DNA of 64,000 bases from Xanthobacteraceae bacterium (GTDB lineage Bacteria; Pseudomonadota; Alphaproteobacteria; Rhizobiales; Xanthobacteraceae), in assembly GCA_036557705.1 (NCBI GenBank), contig DATBHB010000016.1, positions 13,325 to 77,324 on the forward strand, given 5' to 3'. Below are positions 54,388-64,000 of the stretch, in pieces. The position numbers and the translations under genes were made by a program. The notes under the pieces were generated by a model. It did not search any database. It was not told the DNA's origin and saw only the letters and a program-made list of their open reading frames with translations. Each line of letters opens with the position of its first letter. Positions within the stretch are counted from its first letter, which is position 1.

Positions 54388-55428
54388 TTGAGACACATCC
54401 GCAGTTTGCTTGCAGCCGGCATCGTCGTTGCCGCGCTGACCCCCGCATCAGCTGCCGAAATTTCGGGCGCCGGAGCCACGTTCCCGTATCCGATCTATGC
54501 CAAATGGGCGGACGCGTACAAAAAGGAGACCGGCACCGGGCTTAACTATCAGTCGATTGGTTCCGGCGGCGGCATCAAGCAGATCCAGACCGGTACGGTT
54601 ACATTTGGCGCGAGCGACATGCCGCTGCCAAAAGCTCAGCTCGACAAGGATGGCCTTGCTCAGTTCCCGACCGTGATGGGCGGCGTGGTACCTGTGGTTA
54701 ACCTGCCAGGAGTGACTCCGGGAGAACTCATTCTTGATGGACAGACCGTCGCCAGGATTTACCTGGGCGAGATCAAGACCTGGAACGACGCCGCAATTGC
54801 GAAGCTCAACCCCAATGTAAGGCTCCCTGCCCAGGCGATCGTGGTCGTGCACCGATCCGATGGCTCGGGCACAACGTTCCTGTTCACCGATTACCTGTCT
54901 AAGGTCAATGCAAAGTGGAAGGCTGACGTGGGCGCGAGTACGGCGGTCGAATGGCCGACTGGAATCGGCGCCAAGGGCAATGAGGGCGTGTCCGGCAATC
55001 TTGAGCAGGCCAAGGGCGCGATCGGTTACGTCGAATACGCCTATGCCAAGCAGAACAGGCTCGGATTCGTCAAGATGGTCAATAAGGACGGAAAGGTGGT
55101 CACTCCGGAGGCCGCGACCTTTGTGGCGGCTGCGGCTAATGCGAACTGGGAAGGCACTCCCGGTTTCGGTGTAATCCTGACCGATCAGCCCGGCGCAGAA
55201 TCGTGGCCTATCGCAGGTGCAACCTTCATCCTGATGCGTAAGAAGGCACAGAAGCCTGCCGATTCGGCCACCGCGCTCAAATTCTTCGCCTGGGCTTATA
55301 AGAGCGGCAGCAAAATGGCGGAGGACCTTGATTACGTTCCAATGCCCGCGAAAGTCATTGCTGCGATTGAGAACAGTTGGTCGGAAATCAGGGATTCGAG
55401 CGGTAAGCCCGTTTACACCGGCCAGTAA
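54388..55428 (+). CDS. pstS: Phosphate ABC transporter substrate-binding protein
   Basis: SD GGAGAG + TTG 54388. Signal LRHIRSLLAAGIVVAALTPASA. GAGATFPYPIYAKW and SIGSGGGI. Confidence 0.92.
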   Translation: MRHIRSLLAAGIVVAALTPASAAEISGAGATFPYPIYAKWADAYKKETGTGLNYQSIGSGGGIKQIQTGTVTFGASDMPLPKAQLDKDGLAQFPTVMGGVVPVVNLPGVTPGELILDGQTVARIYLGEIKTWNDAAIAKLNPNVRLPAQAIVVVHRSDGSGTTFLFTDYLSKVNAKWKADVGASTAVEWPTGIGAKGNEGVSGNLEQAKGAIGYVEYAYAKQNRLGFVKMVNKDGKVVTPEAATFVAAAANANWEGTPGFGVILTDQPGAESWPIAGATFILMRKKAQKPADSATALKFFAWAYKSGSKMAEDLDYVPMPAKVIAAIENSWSEIRDSSGKPVYTGQ

Positions 55429-55481
55429 ACATGCAGAGCGCTGGAAACCCTCGCTGTTCCTTGATCCCCTCCGCGTGCAAT

Positions 55482-55507
55482 GTGAAGCGGCCACTTGGCC
55501 GTTTCAC
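55482..55507 (+). terminator. Intercistronic hairpin between pstS and pstC (partial terminator / mRNA stabiliser candidate)
   Basis: 11-bp stem GTGAAGCGGCC / GGCCGTTTCAC with loop ACTT. Confidence 0.45.
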
Positions 55508-55563
55508 CCGGTTTGCCATAACGGAGTCAGGGAAAATCCTTATCCGGAGTCGGAAGACGGTCG

Positions 55564-56556
55564 ATGGCTGATATAGCTCTGCCGATGGATGCGGCCGGCT
55601 ATGATCTCACCTTGTCGAGAGCCAAGGCGCTCGATCGCCTGCGGCTATGGGATGCGATCTTCCGGGTCCTCACCCGGGGCGCATCGATTGCCGTATTGCT
55701 GATCCTCGGCGGCGCCCTGGTGGCGCTGCTGATCGGCGCGCTGCCCGCATTTTCAGCTTTCGGGCTGGGGTTCGTGATCGACCAGCGCTGGAACCCGGTG
55801 ACCGAAAAGTTCGGTGCCCTGCCGGCGATCTACGGTACGTTGCTCACCTCTTTGATCGCGATGCTCATTGCAGTTCCCGTCGGGATCATGATCGCTTTTT
55901 TCCTGACCGAGCTTTGTCCGCGATGGCTACGTCGTCCGATCGGCATTGCGATTGAGCTGCTGGCCGGCATTCCCAGCATCATTTACGGAATCTGGGGATT
56001 GTTCGTCTTTGCTCCGTTTCTCCAGGAGACGTTGCAGCCGTTCCTGATCTCGGTGTTCGGCGAGATACCGGTTCTGTCGTCGATTTTCGAAGGACCGCCC
56101 TATGGGATCGGCATGCTTACCGCCGGGCTGATTCTCGCCGTCATGGTGCTGCCCTTCATCACTTCGATCTCCCGCGACGTGTTCGACGCCGTTCCTCCGG
56201 TGCTCAAGGAGGCAGCCTTCGGAATCGGCTGCACGAGCTGGGAAGTATTTCGCAATGTCGTGCTGCCCTATACCCGCGCCGGCGTCATCGGCGGGGTGAT
56301 GCTCGGACTGGGCCGCGCGCTCGGCGAGACAATGGCGGTCACCTTCGTCATCGGCAACGCCCATAAGATTTCCACCTCCATTCTCGCGCCCGGGACGACG
56401 ATCTCGGCCACGATTGCAAATGAGTTCACCGAAGCGACCGGCGATCTCTATACCTCGGCCCTGATTGGGCTCGGTCTCATTCTTTTCGTGATCACGTTCG
56501 TCGTCCTCGCCATCGCGCGATATTTGCTGCTGCGGATTGAACGGCGTGCCGGGTAA
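55564..56556 (+). CDS. pstC: Phosphate ABC transporter permease
   Basis: 330 aa, multi-TM. EAA-like loop region REAAFGIGCTSWE. Confidence 0.92.
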   Translation: MADIALPMDAAGYDLTLSRAKALDRLRLWDAIFRVLTRGASIAVLLILGGALVALLIGALPAFSAFGLGFVIDQRWNPVTEKFGALPAIYGTLLTSLIAMLIAVPVGIMIAFFLTELCPRWLRRPIGIAIELLAGIPSIIYGIWGLFVFAPFLQETLQPFLISVFGEIPVLSSIFEGPPYGIGMLTAGLILAVMVLPFITSISRDVFDAVPPVLKEAAFGIGCTSWEVFRNVVLPYTRAGVIGGVMLGLGRALGETMAVTFVIGNAHKISTSILAPGTTISATIANEFTEATGDLYTSALIGLGLILFVITFVVLAIARYLLLRIERRAG

Positions 56557-56559
56557 GCC

Positions 56560-57399
56560 ATGAACAAGCTTTATCATCGACGCCGCCGTCGCAACACAAT
56601 CGCGGTTGGCCTTTCTGTCTTCGCTGCCGTTTTCGGGTGTGGCTGGCTGGTATTGATCCTCTCTGCGCTGCTCTGGAATGGATTTGGCGGCCTCTCGATC
56701 CACGTATTCACTGAAATGACGCCGCCGCCGGGGTCAGCCGGCGGCCTGCTCAATCCGATAGTGGGCAGCTTGATTCTCACGGTGCTCGCGGTCGTCATCG
56801 GCACTCCGATCGGAATGCTGGCCGGGACGTTCATGGCCGAATACGGCCGCTACGGCCGGCTTACCTCGGTCGTCCGCTTCATCAACGATATCCTGTTGAG
56901 CGCGCCGTCAATCGTCATCGGACTGTTCGTTTACCAGGTCATGGTAGCGCCGATGGGCCATTTTTCAGGTCTCGCCGGCGCTGTTGCGCTAGCCCTGATC
57001 GTCATTCCGGTGGTTGTCCGCACCACAGAGGACATGTTGATTCTGGTGCCGAACCAATTGCGCGAAGCTGCTGCCGCGATTGGTTTGCCGCGGGCCTTCA
57101 TCATCATGCACGTGTGCTATCGCGCCGCCCAGGCCGGGATGATCACCGGAGTCCTGCTTGCGGTCGCCCGGATCAGCGGCGAGACCGCGCCGCTGTTGTT
57201 CACCGCGCTCAACAATCAGTTCTGGAGCACCGATCTTGACGCGCCGATGCCGAGCCTACCAGTCGTTATCTTCCAGTTTGCGCTCTCGCCATACCCAGAA
57301 TGGCAGTCGCTCGCCTGGACCGGTGCACTCATCATCACCTTAGCCGTGCTTTCGTTGTCGATATTGGCGCGGACGCTTTCCACGAGGCCACAATCGTGA
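56560..57399 (+). CDS. pstA: Phosphate ABC transporter permease
   Basis: 279 aa, multi-[15 protein letters not shown] loop. Confidence 0.92.
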   Translation: MNKLYHRRRRRNTIAVGLSVFAAVFGCGWLVLILSALLWNGFGGLSIHVFTEMTPPPGSAGGLLNPIVGSLILTVLAVVIGTPIGMLAGTFMAEYGRYGRLTSVVRFINDILLSAPSIVIGLFVYQVMVAPMGHFSGLAGAVALALIVIPVVVRTTEDMLILVPNQLREAAAAIGLPRAFIIMHVCYRAAQAGMITGVLLAVARISGETAPLLFTALNNQFWSTDLDAPMPSLPVVIFQFALSPYPEWQSLAWTGALIITLAVLSLSILARTLSTRPQS

Positions 57400-58211
57400 A
57401 TGTCGCATCATTAGCGGTTCCGTCCGTGTCCCAAAGTCGCGGCGCCAACACAAATTTGGAGCCGAAGGTTTCGATTGGCCACCTCAGTTTCTTTTACGGT
57501 CAGACGAAGGCGCTCAAAGACATCACCTTGCCGCTCTATCAGGCCAGGGTTACCGCCTTCATCGGCCCATCCGGGTGCGGAAAATCGAGCCTGCTGCGCA
57601 TCCTAAACCGGATGTACGATCTCTATCCTAACCAGCGCGCTGAGGGCGAAGTGCTGCTCGATAGCGAGGACATTCTCTCGCCCAAGCAGGATTTGAACCT
57701 TTTGCGGGCGCGCATCGGCATGGTTTTCCAGAAGCCGACTCCGTTCCCGATGTCGATCTTCGAGAACATCGCGTTCGGTATCCGGCTTTACGAGAAGTTG
57801 TCCAAATCCGAATTGGCGGGCCGTGTGGAAATGGCCTTGCGCCGCGCCGCATTGTGGGAGGAGGTCAAGGATAAGCTTTCTGCGAACGGGCTCAGTCTGT
57901 CGGGCGGCCAGCAGCAGCGGCTGTGCATCGCGCGCACCGTCGCGGTCAAGCCCGAGGTCATTCTGCTCGACGAGCCTTGCTCGGCGCTCGATCCGATTTC
58001 TACTGCCAAAATCGAAGAGCTGATCGATGAATTGAAAGCCGACTACACGATCGTGATCGTGACCCACAACATGCAGCAGGCGGCTCGCGTGTCCGACTTC
58101 ACGGCGTTCATGTATCTGGGCGAGGTTGTGGAGTTCGACATCACGAGCAGACTTTTCACCTCGCCGCGCGATCGGCGGACGCAGGATTACATCACCGGCC
58201 GATTTGGCTGA
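57396..58211 (+). CDS. pstB: Phosphate ABC transporter ATP-binding protein
   Basis: GTG 57396 overlaps the pstA TGA. Walker [10 protein letters not shown], signature LSGGQQQRL, Walker B ILLDEP. Confidence 0.92.
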   Translation: MNVASLAVPSVSQSRGANTNLEPKVSIGHLSFFYGQTKALKDITLPLYQARVTAFIGPSGCGKSSLLRILNRMYDLYPNQRAEGEVLLDSEDILSPKQDLNLLRARIGMVFQKPTPFPMSIFENIAFGIRLYEKLSKSELAGRVEMALRRAALWEEVKDKLSANGLSLSGGQQQRLCIARTVAVKPEVILLDEPCSALDPISTAKIEELIDELKADYTIVIVTHNMQQAARVSDFTAFMYLGEVVEFDITSRLFTSPRDRRTQDYITGRFG

Positions 58212-58230
58212 GATGGCCAGGAAAGACGAC

Positions 58231-58959
58231 ATGGCAGCGATGATGAGCGAACACACGGCCAAGGCCTTCGATGCCGACCTGCAGGACATCACCCGGATGG
58301 TCGCAGAGATGGGCGGTTTGGCCGAAAAGCAGATTGCCGATTCCATCGATGCTCTCGCCAGGCGCGATGCGGAACGCGCCAAGGGGGTGATGACGAGCGA
58401 TCCGGCGATCGACCGTCTGCAGCATGAAATCGAAGAAAAGGCCGTCCTGACCATCGCGCGGCGACAGCCGATGGCGGTCGATCTGCGCGAGATCGTCGGT
58501 GCATTGCGCGTTGCCAACGATCTCGAACGCATCGGCGATCTCGCCAGCAATATCGCCAAACGAGTGCCGGCGATTTCGGGAAATTTTCACCCGCAGAAGC
58601 TCATTCGCGGCCTCGAGCACATGGCGGCAATGGTGCTCGGTCAGCTCAAGGAGGTCCTCGACAGCTACGCCGGCCACGACGTCGCCAAGGCCATGTCGGT
58701 CTGGAAGGGCGATGAGGAGGTGGACTCGATGTGCACCTCCCTTTTCCGCGAACTCCTCACCTACATGATGGAGGATCCACGCAATATCTCTTTCTGCATC
58801 CACTTGATGTTCTGCGCCAAGAACATCGAGCGGATGGGCGATCATGCCACCAACATCGCCGAAACGGTGTACTACATGGTCGAGGGCCGCATGCTCGCCG
58901 ATGCTCGGCCGAAGGGAGATACCACCGCGTTCACTTCGGCTCTCGCGGCGGACCGTTGA
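58231..58959 (+). CDS. phoU: Phosphate signalling complex protein PhoU
   Basis: Two PhoU repeats (DLERIGDLA..., NIERMGDHATNIAE). Start is ATG 58231 (alternatives 58213, 58243). Confidence 0.9.
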   Translation: MAAMMSEHTAKAFDADLQDITRMVAEMGGLAEKQIADSIDALARRDAERAKGVMTSDPAIDRLQHEIEEKAVLTIARRQPMAVDLREIVGALRVANDLERIGDLASNIAKRVPAISGNFHPQKLIRGLEHMAAMVLGQLKEVLDSYAGHDVAKAMSVWKGDEEVDSMCTSLFRELLTYMMEDPRNISFCIHLMFCAKNIERMGDHATNIAETVYYMVEGRMLADARPKGDTTAFTSALAADR

Positions 58960-58975
58960 TCGAGAGCACACGCCG

Positions 58976-59677
58976 ATGGATCCACGCATTATGATCGTCG
59001 AGGACGAAGACGCCCTGGCACTGCTCTTGCGCTACAACCTCGAAGCCGCCGGGTACCAGGTCGAGACGGTCGCCCGCGGCGATGACGCCGAAGTGAGACT
59101 TCACGAGAGCAGCCCGGATCTCCTCATCCTGGATTGGATGCTTCCCGGCATTTCGGGGATCGAGCTTTGTCGCCAACTGCGCGCACGGCCGCAGACGCGG
59201 CAACTGCCGATCATCATGCTCACTGCGCGCGGGGAGGAGAGCGAACGCGTTCGGGGCCTTGCTGTCGGGGCCGACGATTACGTCGTCAAGCCGTTCTCGG
59301 TCCCCGAACTCATGGCCCGGGTGAGCGCGCTCTTGCGCCGCGCCAGTCCCGAGCGCGTTGCCGATGTTCTTGCCTTTGGCGATATCGAGATGGATCGCGA
59401 GAAGAAACGGGTCTCGCGCGGCGGCCGCGCGGTGGATCTAGGGCCGACGGAGTACCGGCTGCTCGAATTCCTGCTCGAACGTCCGGGGCGTGTCTTCACT
59501 CGCGAACAGCTTCTCGACGGTGTCTGGGGCAACGATATCTATATCGACGAACGCACGGTCGATGTCCACGTGGGGCGCCTGCGCAAAGCGCTCAACCTCG
59601 GCTATTCCCGCGATCCGATCCGCACGGTGCGCGGCTCAGGCTATGCTCTCGACGACCGTTTTGGAAAAGTGGCGTAG
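58976..59677 (+). CDS. phoB: Phosphate regulon response regulator
   Basis: Refined ATG 58976. Receiver IMIVEDEDAL...LLILDWMLPG and winged helix RTVDVHVGRLRKAL. Confidence 0.92.
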   Translation: MDPRIMIVEDEDALALLLRYNLEAAGYQVETVARGDDAEVRLHESSPDLLILDWMLPGISGIELCRQLRARPQTRQLPIIMLTARGEESERVRGLAVGADDYVVKPFSVPELMARVSALLRRASPERVADVLAFGDIEMDREKKRVSRGGRAVDLGPTEYRLLEFLLERPGRVFTREQLLDGVWGNDIYIDERTVDVHVGRLRKALNLGYSRDPIRTVRGSGYALDDRFGKVA

Positions 59678-59691
59678 TAATCGTCAGTTGC

Positions 59692-59856
59692 GTAGGGTGG
59701 GCAAAGGCGCAACGCGCTTTAGCGCGTGCGCCGTGCCCACGCGGACAGTCGCGCGTGGGCACGGCGCTCTTTTCGACGTGTGGCAGGGATCGTGCGTGTG
59801 GACCGCGCCCATAGCGCGTCGAAGACGCGCGTAAACGCGCTGATGGCCCACCCTAC
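59692..59856. repeat. Repeat family 2 element (165 bp, with extra module)
   Basis: GTAGGGTGGGCAAAGGCGC...CGCCGTGCCCACGCG..CGCGTGGGCACGGCG... plus the module CATAGCGCGTCGAAGACGCGCGTAAACGCGCTGATGG, then CCCACCCTAC. Core is inverted relative to copy 41136-41267. Confidence 0.9.
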
Positions 59857-59885
59857 GGAAGCTCGCCTGAAGCAGTTAGTAACGT

Positions 59886-60380
59886 TCAGCCCGCCAGTGG
59901 CGATCGCCGCTCACGGCGCAGATGCGACGGCTGATAGGCGATCCGCGAGTGATGAGCGCAATACGGCATGTCAGGGAGCGCCCGGCCGCCGCAAAAGAAA
60001 AAATCAGCATTCCCTGGATCGCCGATCGGCCAGCGGCATGTTTGCGCCGTCAGTTCGAGGAGCGTGCGCCGCTGACCCATGGGGATCACATTGTCCACGA
60101 TCTCCGGTTCGACATCTGTTTCGTATTCATATATCTGGGCGAGTACGGTATTGCCTCGGACCGCCGGGCGCGAGACCCGCAGGATCTGGCCGCGCGGTTT
60201 ACGCGGCCGCGAGCCGGCCGAGGACGGCGATTTGGCACGGCCAGCCAGACCGAGGCGGTGAACCTTGCCGATTACGGCATTGCGAGTGATCCCGCCAAGC
60301 GTGGCGGCGATATGACTGGCGGAGAGTCCCTCGGCCCACAGCTTCTTCAGCATCTCCACGCGTTCGTCCGTCCAGCTCAT
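59886..60380 (-). CDS. gcrA: Cell-cycle transcriptional regulator GcrA
   Basis: Refined ATG 60380. MSWTDERVEMLKKLWAEGLSASHIAATLGGITRNAVIGKVHRLGL... and a conserved C-terminus ...CRWPIGDP...FFCG. Confidence 0.92.
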   Translation of the reverse strand: MSWTDERVEMLKKLWAEGLSASHIAATLGGITRNAVIGKVHRLGLAGRAKSPSSAGSRPRKPRGQILRVSRPAVRGNTVLAQIYEYETDVEPEIVDNVIPMGQRRTLLELTAQTCRWPIGDPGNADFFFCGGRALPDMPYCAHHSRIAYQPSHLRRERRSPLAG

Positions 60381-60726
60381 CGTCCAAGCCCCCCGGTTGT
60401 CCCGCGGCAACAAAGTCCGACAGAATCCACTTGCTGGTCTGGGCAAACGCTTGTTCGCCCGACGCGTACTTCGCACCCACGATGACTCTTGTGACTCAGG
60501 TCCGCCGCAACAAGATGTCGTACTTGACGAGGGAAAGGCTACAACGCTGCAAGAGTTGCGCGCAAGACTCGCTGTCCCGGCGTCCACATGTTCTGCGTCA
60601 GAGGGCACATGCATCCACATCTTTCACATGGTTGGGCCGCATCGGCTTTTTTGCGCTTGCTCTGTTGCGCTCTTGCCTCAATGGCCCCGATGTACAAGCG
60701 ATCATGCTGACCGCTCATGTACCGTG

Positions 60727-60754
60727 TTGACACTACCCGACGTTAGAATAAAAT
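60727..60754 (+). promoter_or_regulatory. Near-consensus sigma-70 promoter TTGACA-N16-TAAAAT upstream of argD
   Basis: TTGACA 60727-60732 and TAAAAT 60749-60754, in an unusually AT-rich patch. Confidence 0.45.
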
Positions 60755-60760
60755 AAGTTC

Positions 60761-60793
60761 GTGCCGCCCGAAGAGGCGGCACATTTCATTTTT
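60761..60793 (+). terminator. Terminator-like hairpin + U-run at the predicted 5' end of the argD transcript
   Basis: GTGCCGCC (60761-68) / GGCGGCAC (60775-82), then ATTTCATTTTT. About 20 nt before the argD ATG. Confidence 0.45.
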
Positions 60794-60811
60794 CCGAGGA
60801 TTCTCATCGCG

Positions 60812-62026
60812 ATGAGCCGGACATCCCACCTTTTGCCGACCTATGCGCGGGTCGATCTCGCTTTTGAGCGTGGAGAGGGCGCCTGGCTCGTCGCTGAGAA
60901 TGGCGACCGCTATCTCGATTTCACTTCCGGGGTGGCTGTCAATGCCCTTGGCCACGCCCACCCGAGCCTCATTACGGCCATCAGCGAGCAGGTCAAGAAA
61001 CTGTCGCACGTTTCAAATCTTTATCGCATTCCTCAGGCCGAGCAGCTGGCTGGCCACCTTTGCGCGGCGAGCTTTGCCGACGTGGTATTCTTCTGCAATT
61101 CCGGCGCTGAGGCGATGGAATGCGCGATCAAGATGGCGCGCAAATACCACACGACAAAAGGTCGGCCGGAGCGGTACCGGATCATTACTTTCGAAGGCGC
61201 CTTTCATGGCCGCACGCTGGCGACGCTGGCGGCCGGCGGGCAGCAGAAGTACCTTGAAGGCTTCGGTCCTGTGGTCGAAGGCTTCGACCAGGTGCCGTTC
61301 GGGGATCTGCCGGCAGTCAGGCGCGCGCTCAATCCGGCGACAGCCGCGATCCTGATTGAACCGATCATGGGAGAAGGGGGCGTACGCGTGTTATCGCCCG
61401 AGTTCCTCCGCGAACTGCGGCGGCTCTGTGATGCGAACGGGCTCCTGCTGATCTTCGATGAAGTGCAGACCGGGATCGGTCGGACCGGTGAACTGTTCGC
61501 GTATCAACGGAGCGGGGTGCGGCCCGACATAATGGCGCTCGCCAAGGCGCTCGGCGGCGGATTCCCCCTCGGAGCTTGCCTCGCCACTGCCGAGGCAGGC
61601 ATGGGCATGACTGCCGGAACCCATGGCTCTACTTTCGGCGGCAATCCGCTCGCAATGGCGGCGGGTAACGCGGTCCTCGACGTGGTACTCGCCGATGGAT
61701 TTCTCGATCGCGTGCGGCGAGTTTCGATTCTGCTCAAGCAGAAGCTTGCCGAAATCAAGGACCGCTACAGCGAGGTGATCGCCGAAGTGCGCGGAGAAGG
61801 GCTGCTCATCGGCCTGCGCACCGTGCCGCCGAGCGGTGAGCTGGTCGATGAGCTGCGCACCGAAAAGATGATCGTAGCTGCCGCCGGCGATAATGTCGTG
61901 CGGTTGCTGCCGCCCTTGATCGTCACCGAGGAGGAAATCGCGGAGGCAGTTCGGCGGCTCGATCGCGCGTGTGCGCGCATCGCCAGTCGGCACGAGCGAC
62001 CGCGGCTGCAGGGAGCGGCCGGATGA
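60812..62026 (+). CDS. argD: Acetylornithine aminotransferase
   Basis: Refined ATG 60812. [31 protein letters not shown]-Lys region [11 protein letters not shown]. Confidence 0.92.
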   Translation: MSRTSHLLPTYARVDLAFERGEGAWLVAENGDRYLDFTSGVAVNALGHAHPSLITAISEQVKKLSHVSNLYRIPQAEQLAGHLCAASFADVVFFCNSGAEAMECAIKMARKYHTTKGRPERYRIITFEGAFHGRTLATLAAGGQQKYLEGFGPVVEGFDQVPFGDLPAVRRALNPATAAILIEPIMGEGGVRVLSPEFLRELRRLCDANGLLLIFDEVQTGIGRTGELFAYQRSGVRPDIMALAKALGGGFPLGACLATAEAGMGMTAGTHGSTFGGNPLAMAAGNAVLDVVLADGFLDRVRRVSILLKQKLAEIKDRYSEVIAEVRGEGLLIGLRTVPPSGELVDELRTEKMIVAAAGDNVVRLLPPLIVTEEEIAEAVRRLDRACARIASRHERPRLQGAAG

Positions 62027-62949
62027 CCGCCAACGGCATCCGTCATTTTCTCGATCTGTCGGAAATTCCGAAAGCCGAGTTGCGCGGGATGATCGATGCG
62101 AGCCGCGCCATGAAAAAACAGACTCGAAATCGAACACGGCTTCCCCTGGCCGGCAAAACGCTGGCGATGATCTTTGAAAAGGAGTCGACCCGCACGCGCG
62201 TCTCCTTCGAAGTGGCGATGCAGCAGCTCGGCGGGCATGCGATCATGCTCACAGGCAAGGAGATGCAGCTCGGCCGCGGTGAGACCATCGCGGACACTGC
62301 GCGCGTGCTCTCGCGCTATGTCGATGTCATCATGATCCGGGTTCTCGACCACGAAGCGCTCACCGAACTCGCCGTTCACGCCACCATTCCGGTAATCAAT
62401 GGGCTGACGCGCCGGTCGCACCCCTGCCAGGTCCTTGCCGACGTGATGACGTTTGAGGAGCATCGCGGCCCGATATGCGGCCGTATCGTTGCCTGGTCCG
62501 GCGATGCCAACAACGTTCTGACGTCCTGGATGCATGCCGCCGAGCGCTTCGATTTCCGCCTGCGCGTCGCCACTCCGCCGGAGCTGCGCCCGAACCGTCG
62601 GCTGACGGAATGGATCAGGAAATCGGGTGCCGATATCGTGATCGGATCCGACCCTGAGGAGGCGGTCAAGGATGCCGACTGCATTGTCACCGACACCTGG
62701 GTGTCGATGGGCGATCGGGACGGCTCGCGCCGCCACAACCTGCTCAGGCGCTATCAGGTCAATGAGCGGCTCTTCGCGCGGGCAAAATCTGACGCGCTGT
62801 TCATGCACTGCCTGCCTGCCCACCGTGGTGAGGAGGTAAGCGCCCCCGTAATCGACGGCCCTCGGTCGGTCGTATTGGATGAAGCCGAGAACCGCCTGCA
62901 CGCGCAGAAGGCCATTCTGGTCTGGTGTCTCGCCGGCGATGATCGCTGA
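62023..62949 (+). CDS. argF: Ornithine carbamoyltransferase
   Basis: Refined ATG 62023 (ATGA overlap with argD). STRTR, HPCQ and HCLPA motifs. Confidence 0.92.
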   Translation: MTANGIRHFLDLSEIPKAELRGMIDASRAMKKQTRNRTRLPLAGKTLAMIFEKESTRTRVSFEVAMQQLGGHAIMLTGKEMQLGRGETIADTARVLSRYVDVIMIRVLDHEALTELAVHATIPVINGLTRRSHPCQVLADVMTFEEHRGPICGRIVAWSGDANNVLTSWMHAAERFDFRLRVATPPELRPNRRLTEWIRKSGADIVIGSDPEEAVKDADCIVTDTWVSMGDRDGSRRHNLLRRYQVNERLFARAKSDALFMHCLPAHRGEEVSAPVIDGPRSVVLDEAENRLHAQKAILVWCLAGDDR

Positions 62950-63008
62950 CGGCCGGCGGACTGCGTGTCGGGCTCGCATTTGTCCGGCCGAAGGCCATAT
63001 AGGTCAGG

Positions 63009-64000
63009 ATGACTGAGATTGACATTCCCGTCCGCGAGCCCGCTGCAACTTCTGCCGACGATACCGTCCTGCCGTTCGCTGTCGAAGCGTTGGACCTCCG
63101 CGGCCGCTTGGTGCGGCTTGGACCGGCTGTCGATACCATTCTGCGGAGCCACGCCTATCCGCTGCCGGTCGCAAAGCTGCTCGGCGAGGCAATCGCCCTT
63201 ACCGTTCTCCTCGGCTCTGTCCTGAAATTTGAGGGCCGTTTCATTCTTCAGACCCAGACCAACGGGCCGGTCAGCATGCTGGTCGTCGATTTCCGAACAC
63301 CGGGCACTGTGCGCGGCTGTGCGCGGTTCGACCGCGAGGCCATTGCTGCCGCGACTGCCGCTCGCAAGGACGACGCCGGCGCTCTCCTGGGCCATGGCCA
63401 CTTGGCGATGACCATCGACCAGGGACCGGAGAGAAGCCGTTATCAGGGGTTGGTGGCGTTGGAAGGCAAGAACCTGGAGCACGCTGCTCATGAATATTTT
63501 CTGCGCTCCGAGCAGATCCCGACCAGGGTCCGCCTTGCCGTAGGCGAAGAGTTGAGCGCCGGCGTCGATGGGACGCGCCATCGCTGGCGCGCCGGCGGCA
63601 TGGTGCTTCAATTCCTGCCCAAGGAGACTTGGCGCGCGCAGCAGGCCGACCTCGATCCGGGCGATGCTCCAGCCGGCGTCGAGGCGCATGTTGTTCCCGA
63701 GGATGATGCCTGGGTCGAGGGCCGCTCGATGGTGGCCACGATCAGCGATCTTGAACTGATCGATCCGGCAGTTTCGGCCGAGCAACTGGTGTACCGGCTC
63801 TTCCACGAGCGCGGGGTGCGGGTCTATCGCAGCCGTCCGCTCTCGGCCCAATGCTCCTGTTCACGCGGCGGCGTTGCGACGATGCTGAAGAATTTCACCC
63901 AGGACGACCGCGACCACATGGTTGAGAATGGCGTCATCACCGTCACCTGTGAGTTCTGCAGCTCGACTTATGTATTCGAGCCGGGCGAAGTGACGGGGTG
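63009..64000 (+). CDS. hslO: Hsp33 redox-regulated chaperone, 3' end outside window
   Basis: ATG 63009; the frame is open to the window end. C-terminal zinc centre CSCSRGG...CEFCSSTY. Confidence 0.88.
   Translation, partial: MTEIDIPVREPAATSADDTVLPFAVEALDLRGRLVRLGPAVDTILRSHAYPLPVAKLLGEAIALTVLLGSVLKFEGRFILQTQTNGPVSMLVVDFRTPGTVRGCARFDREAIAAATAARKDDAGALLGHGHLAMTIDQGPERSRYQGLVALEGKNLEHAAHEYFLRSEQIPTRVRLAVGEELSAGVDGTRHRWRAGGMVLQFLPKETWRAQQADLDPGDAPAGVEAHVVPEDDAWVEGRSMVATISDLELIDPAVSAEQLVYRLFHERGVRVYRSRPLSAQCSCSRGGVATMLKNFTQDDRDHMVENGVITVTCEFCSSTYVFEPGEVTG

Noticed and set aside
60727-60749. Alternative -10 TAGAAT (60744-60749) paired with TTGACA (60727-60732).
   Set aside because: The spacer would be only 11 nt. 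TAAAAT with a 16-nt spacer was preferred.

Overview
High-GC alphaproteobacterial chromosomal segment. Gene content and repeat families look Bradyrhizobiaceae/Nitrobacteraceae-like, but that is inference; no search was run. I support about 60 protein genes and found no rRNA, tRNA or CRISPR.

Core blocks, in order:
- a ThDP enzyme (5' end cut by the window edge) and DUF971; an FMN alpha-hydroxy-acid dehydrogenase
- glmM, bfd-bfr, a porin, serC-serA, purA, an aldehyde dehydrogenase
- a radical-SAM protein, moaB, cytochrome c', queD-queE
- the general stress response (GSR) locus: HWE kinase, phyR, nepR-ecfG, with divergent GGAAC..(C/A)GTT promoters
- an L,D-transpeptidase
- the full phosphate block phoR-pstSCAB-phoU-phoB, with a triple Pho box
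- gcrA, argD-argF and the start of hslO

The stretch from about 16.7 to 29.6 kb looks accessory. It holds three paralogous ~550-aa periplasmic proteins that fuse a CarboxypepD_reg-like domain, one CXXCH haem-c site and a Vgb/NHL-like beta-propeller. A fourth, shorter homologue lies at 38.8 kb. I cannot name a characterised relative, so this family is my best candidate for undescribed biology.

The same stretch carries two orphan Bug/TctC binding proteins, a secreted Kelch protein, a Tat-signal VOC protein and a DUF6152 protein. Nearly every intergenic gap there is filled with GTAG-type REP/REPIN units, and the cognate RAYT transposase gene is present. A second MITE-like palindromic family (GTAGGGTGGGCAAAG...) occurs four times.

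Other structures are reported as findings: an orphan intrinsic terminator in the GSR locus, a 67-bp mirrored heptad array (ATCAG/CTGAT), a 31-bp perfect palindrome, a promoter followed at once by a terminator-like hairpin before argD, and further EcfG-type promoters before small ORFs. Many start codons in the ORF track are over-extended (TTG/GTG, or read through REPs); the refined starts are my inference.
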